From: Auanema rhodensis
Lineage: Eukaryota > Animalia > Nematoda
DNA: 64,000 bases
Assembly: GCA_964057225.1 (NCBI GenBank)
Contig: OZ059894.1
Coordinates: forward strand, 12,834,001-12,898,000
Direction of reading: 5' to 3'
Part shown: positions 25,501 through 40,500 of the stretch, one piece after another
Layout: every line of letters begins with the position of its first letter
How positions within the stretch are numbered: position 1 is the first letter of the stretch
Program-made: the position numbers and the translations under genes
Notes under the pieces: model-generated
The model's database searches: none
What the model was told of the DNA's origin: nothing
Seen by the model: only the letters and a program-made list of their open reading frames with translations

Positions 25501-28500
25501 AATGTTTCAAATCTTAATGAACGAATGAATTGTTTCAAAACTATTGTAAAAATATGAGATTGTTTCAAAATACGTGATTAAATGAAGAAAATGGAGTAAA
25601 ATGAATTGGAAAATTATAAAATATTTTCATTTTTTATTTCTTGAGTATCAAAATATTCAAAATTATATCTTTTTTACTGTTAAAAACATTATTAACTGGA
25701 TGATTTGTTTGGAAATTATTGTAAAAATATGAGATTGTTTCAAAATACGTGATTAAATGAAGAAAATGGAGCAAAATGAATTGGAAAATTATAAAATATT
25801 TTCATGTTTTATTTCTTGAGTATCAAAATATTTAAACTTTTTTTTTTCACTGTTTAAAATCTTACAGAACGAATGAATTGTTTCAAAACTATTGTAAAAA
25901 TTTGAGATTGTTTCAAAATTTGTGATTAAATGAAGAAAATGGAGTAAAATGAATTGGAAAATTATAAAATATTTCCATGTTTTATTTTCTTAGTATCAGA
26001 AAATTCAAATTAAGATCGTTTTTAATGTTTCAAATCTTAATGAACGAATGAATTGTTTCAAAACTATTGTAAAAATATGAGATTGTTTCAAAATACGTGA
26101 TTAAATGAAGAAAATGGAGTAAAATGAATTGGAAAATTATAAAATATTTCCATGTTTTATTTTCTTAGTATCAGAAAATTCAAATTAAGATCGTTTTTAA
26201 TGTTTCAAATCTTAATGAACGAATGAATTGTTTCAAAACTATTGTAAAAATATGAGATTAATTCAAAATACGTGATTAAATGAAGAAAATGGAGTAAAAT
26301 GAATTGGAAAATTATAAAATATTTTCATGTTTTATTTCTTGAGTTTCAAAATATTCAAACTTTTTTTTTTCACTGTTTAAAATCTTAATGAACGAATGAA
26401 TTGTTTCAAAACTATTGTAAAAATATGAGATTGTTTCAAAATACGTGATTAAATGAAGAAAATGGAGTAAAATGAATTGGAAAATTATAAAATATTTTCA
26501 TGTTTTATTTCTTGAGTTTCAAAATATTCAAACTTTTTTTTTTCACTGTTTAAAATCTTAATTAACGAATGAATTGTTTCAAAACTATTGTAAAAATATG
26601 AGATTGTTTCAAAATACGTGATTAAATGAAGAAAATGGAGTAAAATGAATTGGAAAATTATAAAATATTTCCATGTTTTATTTTTTTAGTATCAGAAAAT
26701 TCAAATTAAGATCGTTTTTAATGTTTCAAATCTCAATGAACGAATGAATTGTTTCAAAACTATTGTAAAAATATGAGATTGTTTCAAAATACGTGATTAA
26801 ATGAAGAAAATGGAGCAAAATGAATTGGAAAATTATAAAATATTTTCATGTTTTATTTCTTGAGTATCAAAATATTTAAACTTTTTTTTTTCACTGTTTA
26901 AAATCTTAATGAACGAATGAATTGTTTCAAAACTATTGTAAAAATATGAGATTGTTTCAAAATACGTGATTAAATGAAGAAAATGGAGTAAAATGAATTG
27001 GAAAATTATAAAATATTTTCATGTTTTATTTCTTGAGTTTCAAAATATTCAAACTTTTTTTTTTCACTGTTTAAAATCTTACAGAACGAATGAATTGTTT
27101 CAAAACTATTGTAAAAATTTGAGATTGTTTCAAAATACGTGATTAAATGAAGAAAATGGAGTAAAATGAATTGGAAAATTATAAAATATTTCCATGTTTT
27201 ATTTTCTTAGTATCAGAAAATTCGAATTAAGATCGTTTTCAATGTTTCAAATCTTAATGAATGAATTAATTGTTTCAAAACTATTGTAAAAATATGAGAT
27301 TGTTTCAAAATACGTGATTAAATGAAGAAAATGGAGTAAAATGAATTGGAAAATTATAAAATATTTCCATGTTTTATTTTTTTAGTATCAGAAAATTCAA
27401 ATTAAGATCGTTTTTAATGTTTCAAATCTCAATGAACGAATGAATTGTTTCAAAACTATTGTAAAAATATGAGATTGTTTCAAAATACGTGATTAAATGA
27501 AGAAAATGGAGTAAAATGAATTGGAAAATTATAAAATATTTCCATGTTTTATTTTCTTAGTATCAGAAAATTCAAATTAAGATCGTTTTTAATGTTTCAA
27601 ATCTTAATGAACGAATGAATTGTTTCAAAACTATTGTAAAAATATGAGATTAATTCAAAATACGTGATTAAATGAAGAAAATGGAGTAAAATGAATTGGA
27701 AAATTATAAAATATTTTCATGTTTTATTTCTTGAGTTTCAAAATATTCAAACTTTTTTTTTTCACTGTTTAAAATCTTAATGAACGAATGAATTGTTTCA
27801 AAACTATTGTAAAAATATGAGATTGTTTCAAAATACGTGATTAAATGAAGAAAATGGAGTAAAATGAATTGGAAAATTATAAAATATTTTCATGTTTTAT
27901 TTCTTGAGTTTCAAAATATTCAAACTTTTTTTTTCACTGTTTAAAATCTTACAGAACGAATGAATTGTTTCAAAACTATTGTAAAAATTTGAGATTGTTT
28001 CAAAATACGTGATTAAATGAAGAAAATGGAGTAAAATGAATTGGAAAATTATAAAATATTTCCATGTTTTATTTTCTTAGTATCAGAAAATTCGAATTAA
28101 GATCGTTTTCAATGTTTCAAATCTTAATGAATGAATTAATTGTTTCAAAACTATTGTAAAAATATGAGATTGTTTCAAAATACGTGATTAAATGAAGAAA
28201 ATGGAGTAAAATGAATTGGAAAATTATAAAATATTTCCATGTTTTATTTTTTTAGTATCAGAAAATTCAAATTAAGATCGTTTTTAATGTTTCAAATCTC
28301 AATGAACGAATGAATTGTTTCAAAACTATTGTAAAAATATGAGATTGTTTCAAAATACGTGATTAAATGAAGAAAATGGAGTAAAATGAATTGGAAAATT
28401 ATAAAATATTTTCATGTTTTATTTCTTGAGTTTCAAAATATTCAAACTTTTTTTTTTCACTGTTTAAAATCTTAATGAACGAATGAATTGTTTCAAAACT

Positions 28501-31500
28501 ATTGTAAAAATATGAGATTGTTTCAAAATACGTGATTAAATGAAGAAAATGGAGTAAAATGAATTGGAAAATTATAAAATATTTCCATGTTTTATTTTCT
28601 TAGTATCAGAAAATTCAAATTAAGATCGTTTTCAATGTTTCAAATCTTAATGAACGAATTAATCGTTTCAAAACTATTGTAAAAATATGAGATTGTTTCA
28701 AAATACGTGATTAAATGAAGAAAATAGAGTAAAATGAATTGGAATATCATAAAATATTTTCATGTTTTATTTCTTGAGTATCAAAATATTCAAACTTTTT
28801 TTTTTCACTGTTTAAAATCTTAATGAACGAATGAATTGTTTCAAAACTATTGTAAAAATATGAGATTGTTTCAAAATACGTGATTAAATGAAGGAAATGG
28901 AGTAAAATGAATTGGAAAATTATAAAATATTTTCATGTTTTATTTCTTGAGTTTCAAAATATTCAAACTTTTTTTTTTCACTGTTTAAAATCTTAATGAA
29001 CGAATGAATTGTTTCAAAACAATTGTAAAAATTTGAGATTGTTTCAAAATACGTGATTAAATGAAGAAAATGGAGTAAAATGAATTGGAAAATTATAAAA
29101 TATTTCCATGTTTTATTTTTTTAGTATCAGAAAATTCAAATTAAGATCGTTTTTAATGTTTCAAATCTCAATGAACGAATGAATTGTTTCAAAACTATTG
29201 TAAAAATATGAGATTGTTTCAAAATACGTGATTAAATGAAGAAAATGGAGTAAAATGAATTGGAAAATTATAAAATATTTTCATGTTTTATTTCTTGAGT
29301 TTCAAAATATTCAAACTTTTTTTTTTCACTGTTTAAAATCTTAATGAACGAATGAATTGTTTCAAAACTATTGTAAAAATTTGAGATTGTTTCAAAATAC
29401 GTGATTTAATGAAGAAAATAGAGTAAAATGAATTGGAAAATTATAAAATATTTTCATGTTTTATTTTTTTAGTATCAGAAAATTCAAATTAAGATCGTTT
29501 TTAATGTTTCAAATCTTAATGAACGAATGAATTGTTTCAAAACTATTGTAAAAATATGAGATTGTTTCAAAATACGTGATTAAATGAAGAAAATGGAGTA
29601 AAATGAATTGGAAAATTATAAAATATTTTCATTTTTTATTTCTTGAGTATCAAAATATTCAAAATTATATCTTTTTTACTGTTAAAAACATTATTAACTG
29701 GATGATTTGTTTGGAAATTATTGTAAAAATATGAGATTGTTTCAAAATACGTGATTAAATGAAGAAAATGGAGCAAAATGAATTGGAAAATTATAAAATA
29801 TTTTCATGTTTTATTTCTTGAGTATCAAAATATTTAAACTTTTTTTTTTCACTGTTTAAAATCTTACAGAACGAATGAATTGTTTCAAAACTATTGTAAA
29901 AATTTGAGATTGTTTCAAAATTTGTGATTAAAAGAAGAAAATGGAGTAAAATGAATTGGAAAATTATAAAATATTTCCATGTTTTATTTTCTTAGTATCA
30001 GAAAATTCAAATTAAGATCGTTTTTAATGTTTCAAATCTTAATGAACGAATGAATTGTTTCAAAACTATTGTAAAAATATGAGATTGTTTCAAAATACGT
30101 GATTAAATGAAGAAAATGGAGTAAAATGAATTGGAAAATTATAAAATATTTCCATGTTTTATTTTCTTAGTATCAGAAAATTCAAATTAAGATCGTTTTT
30201 AATGTTTCAAATCTTAATGAACGAATGAATTGTTTCAAAACTATTGTAAAAATATGAGATTAATTCAAAATACGTGATTAAATGAAGAAAATGGAGTAAA
30301 ATGAATTGGAAAATTATAAAATATTTTCATGTTTTATTTCTTGAGTTTCAAAATATTCAAACTTTTTTTTTTCACTGTTTAAAATCTTAATGAACGAATG
30401 AATTGTTTCAAAACTATTGTAAAAATATGAGATTGTTTCAAAATACGTGATTAAATGAAGAAAATGGAGTAAAATGAATTGGAAAATTATAAAATATTTT
30501 CATGTTTTATTTCTTGAGTTTCAAAATATTCAAACTTTTTTTTTTCACTGTTTAAAATCTTAATTAACGAATGAATTGTTTCAAAACTATTGTAAAAAAA
30601 TGAGATTGTTTCAAAATACGTGATTAAATGAAGAAAATGGAGTAAAATGAATTGGAAAATTATAAAATATTTCCATGTTTTATTTTTTTAGTATCAGAAA
30701 ATTCAAATTAAGATCGTTTTTAATGTTTCAAATCTCAATGAACGAATGAATTGTTTCAAAACTATTGTAAAAATATGAGATTGTTTCAAAATACGTGATT
30801 AAATGAAGAAAATGGAGCAAAATGAATTGGAAAATTATAAAATATTTTCATGTTTTATTTCTTGAGTATCAAAATATTTAAACTTTTTTTTTTCACTGTT
30901 TAAAATCTTAATGAACGAATGAATTGTTTCAAAACTATTGTAAAAATATGAGATTGTTTCAAAATACGTGATTAAATGAAGAAAATGGAGTAAAATGAAT
31001 TGGAAAATTATAAAATATTTCCATGTTTTATTTTCTTAGTATCAGAAAATTCGAATTAAGATCGTTTTCAATGTTTCAAATCTTAATGAACGAATTAATT
31101 GTTTCAAAACTATTGTAAAAATATGAGATTGTTTCAAAATACGTGATTAAATGAAGAAAATGGAGTAAAATGAATTGGAAAATTATAAAATATTTCCATG
31201 TTTTATTTTTTTAGTATCAGAAAATTCAAATTAAGATCGTTTTTAATGTTTCAAATCTCAATGAACGAATGAATTGTTTCAAAACTATTGTAAAAATATG
31301 AGATTGTTTCAAAATACGTGATTAAATGAAGAAAATGGAGTAAAATGAATTGGAAAATTATAAAATATTTTCATGTTTTATTTCTTGAGTTTCAAAATAT
31401 TCAAACTTTTTTTTTTCACTGTTTAAAATCTTAATGAACGAATGAATTGTTTCAAAACTATTGTAAAAATATGAGATTGTTTCAAAATACGTGATTAAAT

Positions 31501-34500
31501 GAAGAAAATGGAGTAAAATGAATTGGAAAATTATAAAATATTTCCATGTTTTATTTTCTTAGTATCAGAAAATTCAAATTAAGATCGTTTTCAATGTTTC
31601 AAATCTTAATGAACGAATTAATCGTTTCAAAACTATTGTAAAAATATGAGATTGTTTCAAAATACGTGATTAAATGAAGAAAATAGAGTAAAATGAATTG
31701 GAATATTATAAAATATTTTCATGTTTTATTTCTTGAGTATCAAAATATTCAAACTTTTTTTTTTCACTGTTTAAAATCTTAATGAACGAATGAATTGTTT
31801 CAAAACTATTGTAAAAATATGAGATTGTTTCAAAATACGTGATTAAATGAAGGAAATGGAGTAAAATGAATTGGAAAATTATAAAATATTTTCATGTTTT
31901 ATTTCTTGAGTTTCAAAATATTCAAACTTTTTTTTTTTCACTGTTTAAAATCTTAATGAACGAATGAATTGTTTCAAAACTATTGTAAAAATTTGAGATT
32001 GTTTCAAAATACGTGATTAAATGAAGAAAATGGAGTAAAATGAATTGGAAAATTATAAAATATTTCCATGTTTTATTTCTTGAGTATCAAAATATTCAAA
32101 CTTTTTTTTTTCACTGTTTAAAATCTTAATGAACGAATGAATTGTTTCAAAACTATTGTAAAAATATGAGATTGTTTCAAAATACGTGATTAAATGAAGG
32201 AAATGGAGTAAAATGAATTGGAAAATTATAAAATATTTTCATGTTTTATTTCTTGAGTTTCAAAATATTCAAACTTTTTTTTTTCACTGTTTAAAATCTT
32301 AATGAACGAATGAATTGTTTCAAAACTATTGTAAAAATTTGAGATTGTTTCAAAATACGTGATTAAATGAAGAAAATGGAGTAAAATGAATTGGAAAATT
32401 ATAAAATATTTCCATGTTTTATTTTTTTAGTATCAGAAAATTCAAATTAAGATCGTTTTTAATGTTTCAAATCTCAATGAACGAATGAATTGTTTCAAAA
32501 CTATTGTAAAAATATGAGATTGTTTCAAAATACGTGATTAAATGAAGAAAATGGAGTAAAATGAATTGGAAAATTATAAAATATTTTCATGTTTTATTTC
32601 TTGAGTTTCAAAATATTCAAACTTTTTTTTTTCACTGTTTAAAATCTTAATGAACGAATGAATTGTTTCAAAACTATTGTAAAAATTTGAGATTGTTTCA
32701 AAATACGTGATTTAATGAAGAAAATAGAGTAAAATGAATTGGAAAATTATAAAATATTTTCATGTTTTATTTTTTTAGTATCAGAAAATTCAAATTAAGA
32801 TCGTTTTTAATGTTTCAAATCTTAATGAACGAATGAATTGTTTCAAAACTATTGTAAAAATATGAGATTGTTTCAAAATACGTGATTAAATGAAGAAAAT
32901 GGAGTAAAATGAATTGGAAAATTATAAAATATTTTCATTTTTTATTTCTTGAGTATCAAAATATTCAAAATTATATCTTTTTTACTGTTAAAAACATTAT
33001 TAACTGGATGATTTGTTTGGAAATTATTGTAAAAATATGAGATTGTTTCAAAATACGTGATTAAATGAAGAAAATGGAGCAAAATGAATTGGAAAATTAT
33101 AAAATATTTTCATGTTTTATTTCTTGAGTATCAAAATATTTAAACTTTTTTTTTTCACTGTTTAAAATCTTACAGAACGAATGAATTGTTTCAAAACTAT
33201 TGTAAAAATTTGAGATTGTTTCAAAATTTGTGATTAAATGAAGAAAATGGAGTAAAATGAATTGGAAAATTATAAAATATTTCCATGTTTTATTTTCTTA
33301 GTATCAGAAAATTCAAATTAAGATCGTTTTTAATGTTTCAAATCTTAATGAACGAATGAATTGTTTCAAAACTATTGTAAAAATATGAGATTGTTTCAAA
33401 ATACGTGATTAAATGAAGAAAATGGAGTAAAATGAATTGGAAAATTATAAAATATTTCCATGTTTTATTTTCTTAGTATCAGAAAATTCAAATTAAGATC
33501 GTTTTTAATGTTTCAAATCTTAATGAACGAATGAATTGTTTCAAAACTATTGTAAAAATATGAGATTAATTCAAAATACGTGATTAAATGAAGAAAATGG
33601 AGTAAAATGAATTGGAAAATTATAAAATATTTTCATGTTTTATTTCTTGAGTTTCAAAATATTCAAACTTTTTTTTTTCACTGTTTAAAATCTTAATGAA
33701 CGAATGAATTGTTTCAAAACTATTGTAAAAATATGAGATTGTTTCAAAATACGTGATTAAATGAAGAAAATGGAGTAAAATGAATTGGAAAATTATAAAA
33801 TATTTTCATGTTTTATTTCTTGAGTTTCAAAATATTCAAACTTTTTTTTTTCACTGTTTAAAATCTTAATTAACGAATGAATTGTTTCAAAACTATTGTA
33901 AAAAAATGAGATTGTTTCAAAATACGTGATTAAATGAAGAAAATGGAGTAAAATGAATTGGAAAATTATAAAATATTTCCATGTTTTATTTTTTTAGTAT
34001 CAGAAAATTCAAATTAAGATCGTTTTTAATGTTTCAAATCTCAATGAACGAATGAATTGTTTCAAAACTATTGTAAAAATATGAGATTGTTTCAAAATAC
34101 GTGATTAAATGAAGAAAATGGAGCAAAATGAATTGGAAAATTATAAAATATTTTCATGTTTTATTTCTTGAGTATCAAAATATTTAAACTTTTTTTTTTC
34201 ACTGTTTAAAATCTTAATGAACGAATGAATTGTTTCAAAACTATTGTAAAAATATGAGATTGTTTCAAAATACGTGATTAAATGAAGAAAATGGAGTAAA
34301 ATGAATTGGAAAATTATAAAATATTTCCATGTTTTATTTTCTTAGTATCAGAAAATTCGAATTAAGATCGTTTTCAATGTTTCAAATCTTAATGAACGAA
34401 TTAATTGTTTCAAAACTATTGTAAAAATATGAGATTGTTTCAAAATACGTGATTAAATGAAGAAAATGGAGTAAAATGAATTGGAAAATTATAAAATATT

Positions 34501-37500
34501 TCCATGTTTTATTTTTTTAGTATCAGAAAATTCAAATTAAGATCGTTTTTAATGTTTCAAATCTCAATGAACGAATGAATTGTTTCAAAACTATTGTAAA
34601 AATATGAGATTGTTTCAAAATACGTGATTAAATGAAGAAAATGGAGTAAAATGAATTGGAAAATTATAAAATATTTTCATGTTTTATTTCTTGAGTTTCA
34701 AAATATTCAAACTTTTTTTTTTCACTGTTTAAAATCTTAATGAACGAATGAATTGTTTCAAAACTATTGTAAAAATATGAGATTGTTTCAAAATACGTGA
34801 TTAAATGAAGAAAATGGAGTAAAATGAATTGGAAAATTATAAAATATTTCCATGTTTTATTTTCTTAGTATCAGAAAATTCAAATTAAGATCGTTTTCAA
34901 TGTTTCAAATCTTAATGAACGAATTAATCGTTTCAAAACTATTGTAAAAATATGAGATTGTTTCAAAATACGTGATTAAATGAAGAAAATAGAGTAAAAT
35001 GAATTGGAATATTATAAAATATTTTCATGTTTTATTTCTTGAGTTTCAAAATATTCAAACTTTTTTTTTTCACTGTTTAAAATCTTAATGAACGAATGAA
35101 TTGTTTCAAAACTATTGTAAAAATATGAGATTGTTTCAAAATACGTGATTAAATGAAGAAAATGGAGTAAAATGAATTGGAAAATTATAAAATATTTCCA
35201 TGTTTTATTTTCTTAGTATCAGAAAATTCAAATTAAGATCGTTTTCAATGTTTCAAATCTTAATGAACGAATTAATCGTTTCAAAACTATTGTAAAAATA
35301 TGAGATTGTTTCAAAATACGTGATTAAATGAAGAAAATAGAGTAAAATGAATTGGAATATTATAAAATATTTTCATGTTTTATTTCTTGAGTATCAAAAT
35401 ATTCAAACTTTTTTTTTTCACTGTTTAAAATCTTAATGAACGAATGAATTGTTTCAAAACTATTGTAAAAATATGAGATTGTTTCAAAATACGTGATTAA
35501 ATGAAGGAAATGGAGTAAAATGAATTGGAAAATTATAAAATATTTTCATGTTTTATTTCTTGAGTTTCAAAATATTCAAACTTTTTTTTTTTCACTGTTT
35601 AAAATCTTAATGAACGAATGAATTGTTTCAAAACTATTGTAAAAATTTGAGATTGTTTCAAAATACGTGATTAAATGAAGAAAATGGAGTAAAATGAATT
35701 GGAAAATTATAAAATATTTCCATGTTTTATTTTTTTAGTATCAGAAAATTCAAATTAAGATCGTTTTTAATGTTTCAAATCTCAATGAACGAATGAATTG
35801 TTTCAAAACTATTGTAAAAATATGAGATTGTTTCAAAATACGTGATTAAATGAAGAAAATGGAGTAAAATGAATTGGAAAATTATAAAATATTTTCATGT
35901 TTTATTTCTTGAGTTTCAAAATATTCAAACTTTTTTTTTTCACTGTTTAAAATCTTAATGAACGAATGAATTGTTTCAAAACTATTGTAAAAATTTGAGA
36001 TTGTTTCAAAATACGTGATTTAATGAAGAAAATAGAGTAAAATGAATTGGAAAATTATAAAATATTTTCATGTTTTATTTTTTTAGTATCAGAAAATTCA
36101 AATTAAGATCGTTTTTAATGTTTCAAATCTTAATGAACGAATGAATTGTTTCAAAACTATTGTAAAAATATGAGATTGTTTCAAAATACGTGATTAAATG
36201 AAGAAAATGGAGTAAAATGAACTGGAAAATTATAAAATATTTTCATTTTTTATTTCTTGAGTATCAAAATATTCAAAATTATATCTTTTTTACTGTTAAA
36301 AACATTATTAACTGGATGATTTGTTTGGAAATTATTGTAAAAATATGAGATTGTTTCAAAATACGTGATTAAATGAAGAAAATGGAGCAAAATGAATTGG
36401 AAAATTATAAAATATTTTCATGTTTTATTTCTTGAGTATCAAAATATTTAAACTTTTTTTTTTCACTGTTTAAAATCTTACAGAACGAATGAATTGTTTC
36501 AAAACTATTGTAAAAATTTGAGATTGTTTCAAAATTTGTGATTAAATGAAGAAAATGGAGTAAAATGAATTGGAAAATTATAAAATATTTCCATGTTTTA
36601 TTTTCTTAGTATCAGAAAATTCAAATTAAGATCGTTTTTAATGTTTCAAATCTTAATGAACGAATGAATTGTTTCAAAACTATTGTAAAAATATGAGATT
36701 GTTTCAAAATACGTGATTAAATGAAGAAAATGGAGTAAAATGAATTGGAAAATTATAAAATATTTCCATGTTTTATTTTCTTAGTATCAGAAAATTCAAA
36801 TTAAGATCGTTTTTAATGTTTCAAATCTTAATGAACGAATGAATTGTTTCAAAACTATTGTAAAAATATGAGATTAATTCAAAATACGTGATTGAATGAA
36901 GAAAATGGAGTAAAATGAATTGGAAAATTATAAAATATTTTCATGTTTTATTTCTTGAGTTTCAAAATATTCAAACTTTTTTTTTTCACTGTTTAAAATC
37001 TTAATGAACGAATGAATTGTTTCAAAACTATTGTAAAAATATGAGATTGTTTCAAAATACGTGATTAAATGAAGAAAATGGAGTAAAATGAATTGGAAAA
37101 TTATAAAATATTTTCGTGTTTTATTTCTTGAGTTTCAAAATATTCAAACTTTTTTTTTTCACTGTTTAAAATCTTAATTAACGAATGAATTGTTTCAAAA
37201 CTATTGTAAAAATATGAGATTGTTTCAAAATACGTGATTAAATGAAGAAAATGGAGTAAAATGAATTGGAAAATTATAAAATATTTCCATGTTTTATTTT
37301 TTTAGTATCAGAAAATTCAAATTAAGATCGTTTTTAATGTTTCAAATCTCAATGAACGAATGAATTGTTTCAAAACTATTGTAAAAATATGAGATTGTTT
37401 CAAAATACGTGATTAAATGAAGAAAATGGAGCAAAATGAATTGGAAAATTATAAAATATTTTCATGTTTTATTTCTTGAGTATCAAAATATTTAAACTTT

Positions 37501-40500
37501 TTTTTTTCACTGTTTAAAATCTTAATGAACGAATGAATTGTTTCAAAACTATTGTAAAAATATGAGATTGTTTCAAAATACGTGATTAAATGAAGAAAAT
37601 GGAGTAAAATGAATTGGAAAATTATAAAATATTTTCATGTTTTATTTCTTGAGTTTCAAAATATTCAAACTTTTTTTTTTCACTGTTTAAAATCTTACAG
37701 AACGAATGAATTGTTTCAAAACTATTGTAAAAATTTGAGATTGTTTCAAAATACGTGATTAAATGAAGAAAATGGAGTAAAATGAATTGGAAAATTATAA
37801 AATATTTCCATGTTTTATTTTCTTAGTATCAGAAAATTCGAATTAAGATCGTTTTCAATGTTTCAAATCTTAATGAACGAATTAATTGTTTCAAAACTAT
37901 TGTAAAAATATGAGATTGTTTCAAAATACGTGATTAAATGAAGAAAATGGAGTAAAATGAATTGGAAAATTATAAAATATTTCCATGTTTTATTTTTTTA
38001 GTATCAGAAAATTCAAATTAAGATCGTTTTTAATGTTTCAAATCTCAATGAACGAATGAATTGTTTCAAAACTATTGTAAAAATATGAGATTGTTTCAAA
38101 ATACGTGATTAAATGAAGAAAATGGAGTAAAATGAATTGGAAAATTATAAAATATTTTCATGTTTTATTTCTTGAGTTTCAAAATATTCAAACTTTTTTT
38201 TTTCACTGTTTAAAATCTTAATGAACGAATGAATTGTTTCAAAACTATTGTAAAAATATGAGATTGTTTCAAAATACGTGATTAAATGAAGAAAATGGAG
38301 TAAAATGAATTGGAAAATTATAAAATATTTCCATGTTTTATTTTCTTAGTATCAGAAAATTCAAATTAAGATCGTTTTCAATGTTTCAAATCTTAATGAA
38401 CGAATTAATCGTTTCAAAACTATTGTAAAAATATGAGATTGTTTCAAAATACGTGATTAAATGAAAAAAATAGAGTAAAATGAATTGGAATATTATAAAA
38501 TATTTTCATGTTTTATTTCTTGAGTATCAAAATATTCAAACTTTTTTTTTTCACTGTTTAAAATCTTAATGAACGAATGAATTGTTTCAAAACTATTGTA
38601 AAAATATGAGATTGTTTCAAAATACGTGATTAAATGAAGGAAATGGAGTAAAATGAATTGGAAAATTATAAAATATTTTCATGTTTTATTTCTTGAGTTT
38701 CAAAATATTCAAACTTTTTTTTTTCACTGTTTAAAATCTTAATGAACGAATGAATTGTTTCAAAACTATTGTAAAAATTTGAGATTGTTTCAAAATACGT
38801 GATTTAATGAAGAAAATAGAGTAAAATGAATTGGAAAATTATAAAATATTTTCATGTTTTATTTTTTTAGTATCAGAAAATTCAAATTAAGATCGTTTTT
38901 AATGTTTAAAATCTTAATGAACGAATGAATTGTTTCAAAACTATTGTAAAAATATGAGATTGTTTCAAAATACGTGATTAAATGAAGAAAATGGAGTAAA
39001 ATGAATTGGAAAATTATAAAATATTTTCATTTTTTATTTTTTTAGTATCAGAAAATTCAAATTAAGATCGTTTTTAATGTTTCAAATCTCAATGAACGAA
39101 TGAATTGTTTCAAAACTTTTGTAAAAATATGAGATTGTTTCAAAATACGTGATTAAATGAAGAAAATGGAGTAAAATGAATTGGAAAATTATAAAATATT
39201 TTCATGTTTTATTTCTTGAGTTTCAAAATATTCAAACTTTTTTTTTTCACTGTTTAAAATCTTAATGAACGAATGAATTGTTTCAAAACTATTGTAAAAA
39301 TTTGAGATTGTTTCAAAATACGTGATTTAATGAAGAAAATAGAGTAAAATGAATTGGAAAATTATAAAATATTTTCATGTTTTATTTTTTTAGTATCAGA
39401 AAATTCAAATTAAGATCGTTTTTAATGTTTCAAATCTTAATGAACGAATGAATTGTTTCAAAACTATTGTAAAAATATGAGATTGTTTCAAAATACGTGA
39501 TTAAATGAAGAAAATGGAGTAAAATGAATTGGAAAATTATAAAATATTTTCATTTTTTATTTCTTGAGTATCAAAATATTCAAAATTATATCTTTTTTAC
39601 TGTTAAAAACATTATTAACTGGATGATTTGTTTGGAAATTATTGTAAAAATATGAGATTGTTTCAAAATACGTGATTAAATGAAGAAAATGGAGCAAAAT
39701 GAATTGGAAAATTATAAAATATTTTCATGTTTTATTTCTTGAGTATCAAAATATTTAAACTTTTTTTTTTCACTGTTTAAAATCTTACAGAACGAATGAA
39801 TTGTTTCAAAACTATTGTAAAAATTTGAGATTGTTTCAAAATTTGTGATTAAATGAAGAAAATGGAGTAAAATGAATTGGAAAATTATAAAATATTTCCA
39901 TGTTTTATTTTCTTAGTATCAGAAAATTCAAATTAAGATCGTTTTTAATGTTTCAAATCTTAATGAACGAATGAATTGTTTCAAAACTATTGTAAAAATA
40001 TGAGATTGTTTCAAAATACGTGATTAAATGAAGAAAATGGAGTAAAATGAATTGGAAAATTATAAAATATTTCCATGTTTTATTTTCTTAGTATCAGAAA
40101 ATTCAAATTAAGATCGTTTTCAATGTTTCAAATCTTAATGAACGAATTAATCGTTTCAAAACTATTGTAAAAATATGAGATTGTTTCAAAATACGTGATT
40201 AAATGAAGAAAATAGAGTAAAATGAATTGGAATATTATAAAATATTTTCATGTTTTATTTCTTGAGTATCAAAATATTCAAACTTTTTTTTTTCACTGTT
40301 TAAAATCTTAATGAACGAATGAATTGTTTCAAAACTATTGTAAAAATATGAGATTGTTTCAAAATACGTGATTAAATGAAGGAAATGGAGTAAAATGAAT
40401 TGGAAAATTATAAAATATTTTCATGTTTTATTTCTTGAGTTTCAAAATATTCAAACTTTTTTTTTTCACTGTTTAAAATCTTACAGAACGAATGAATTGT

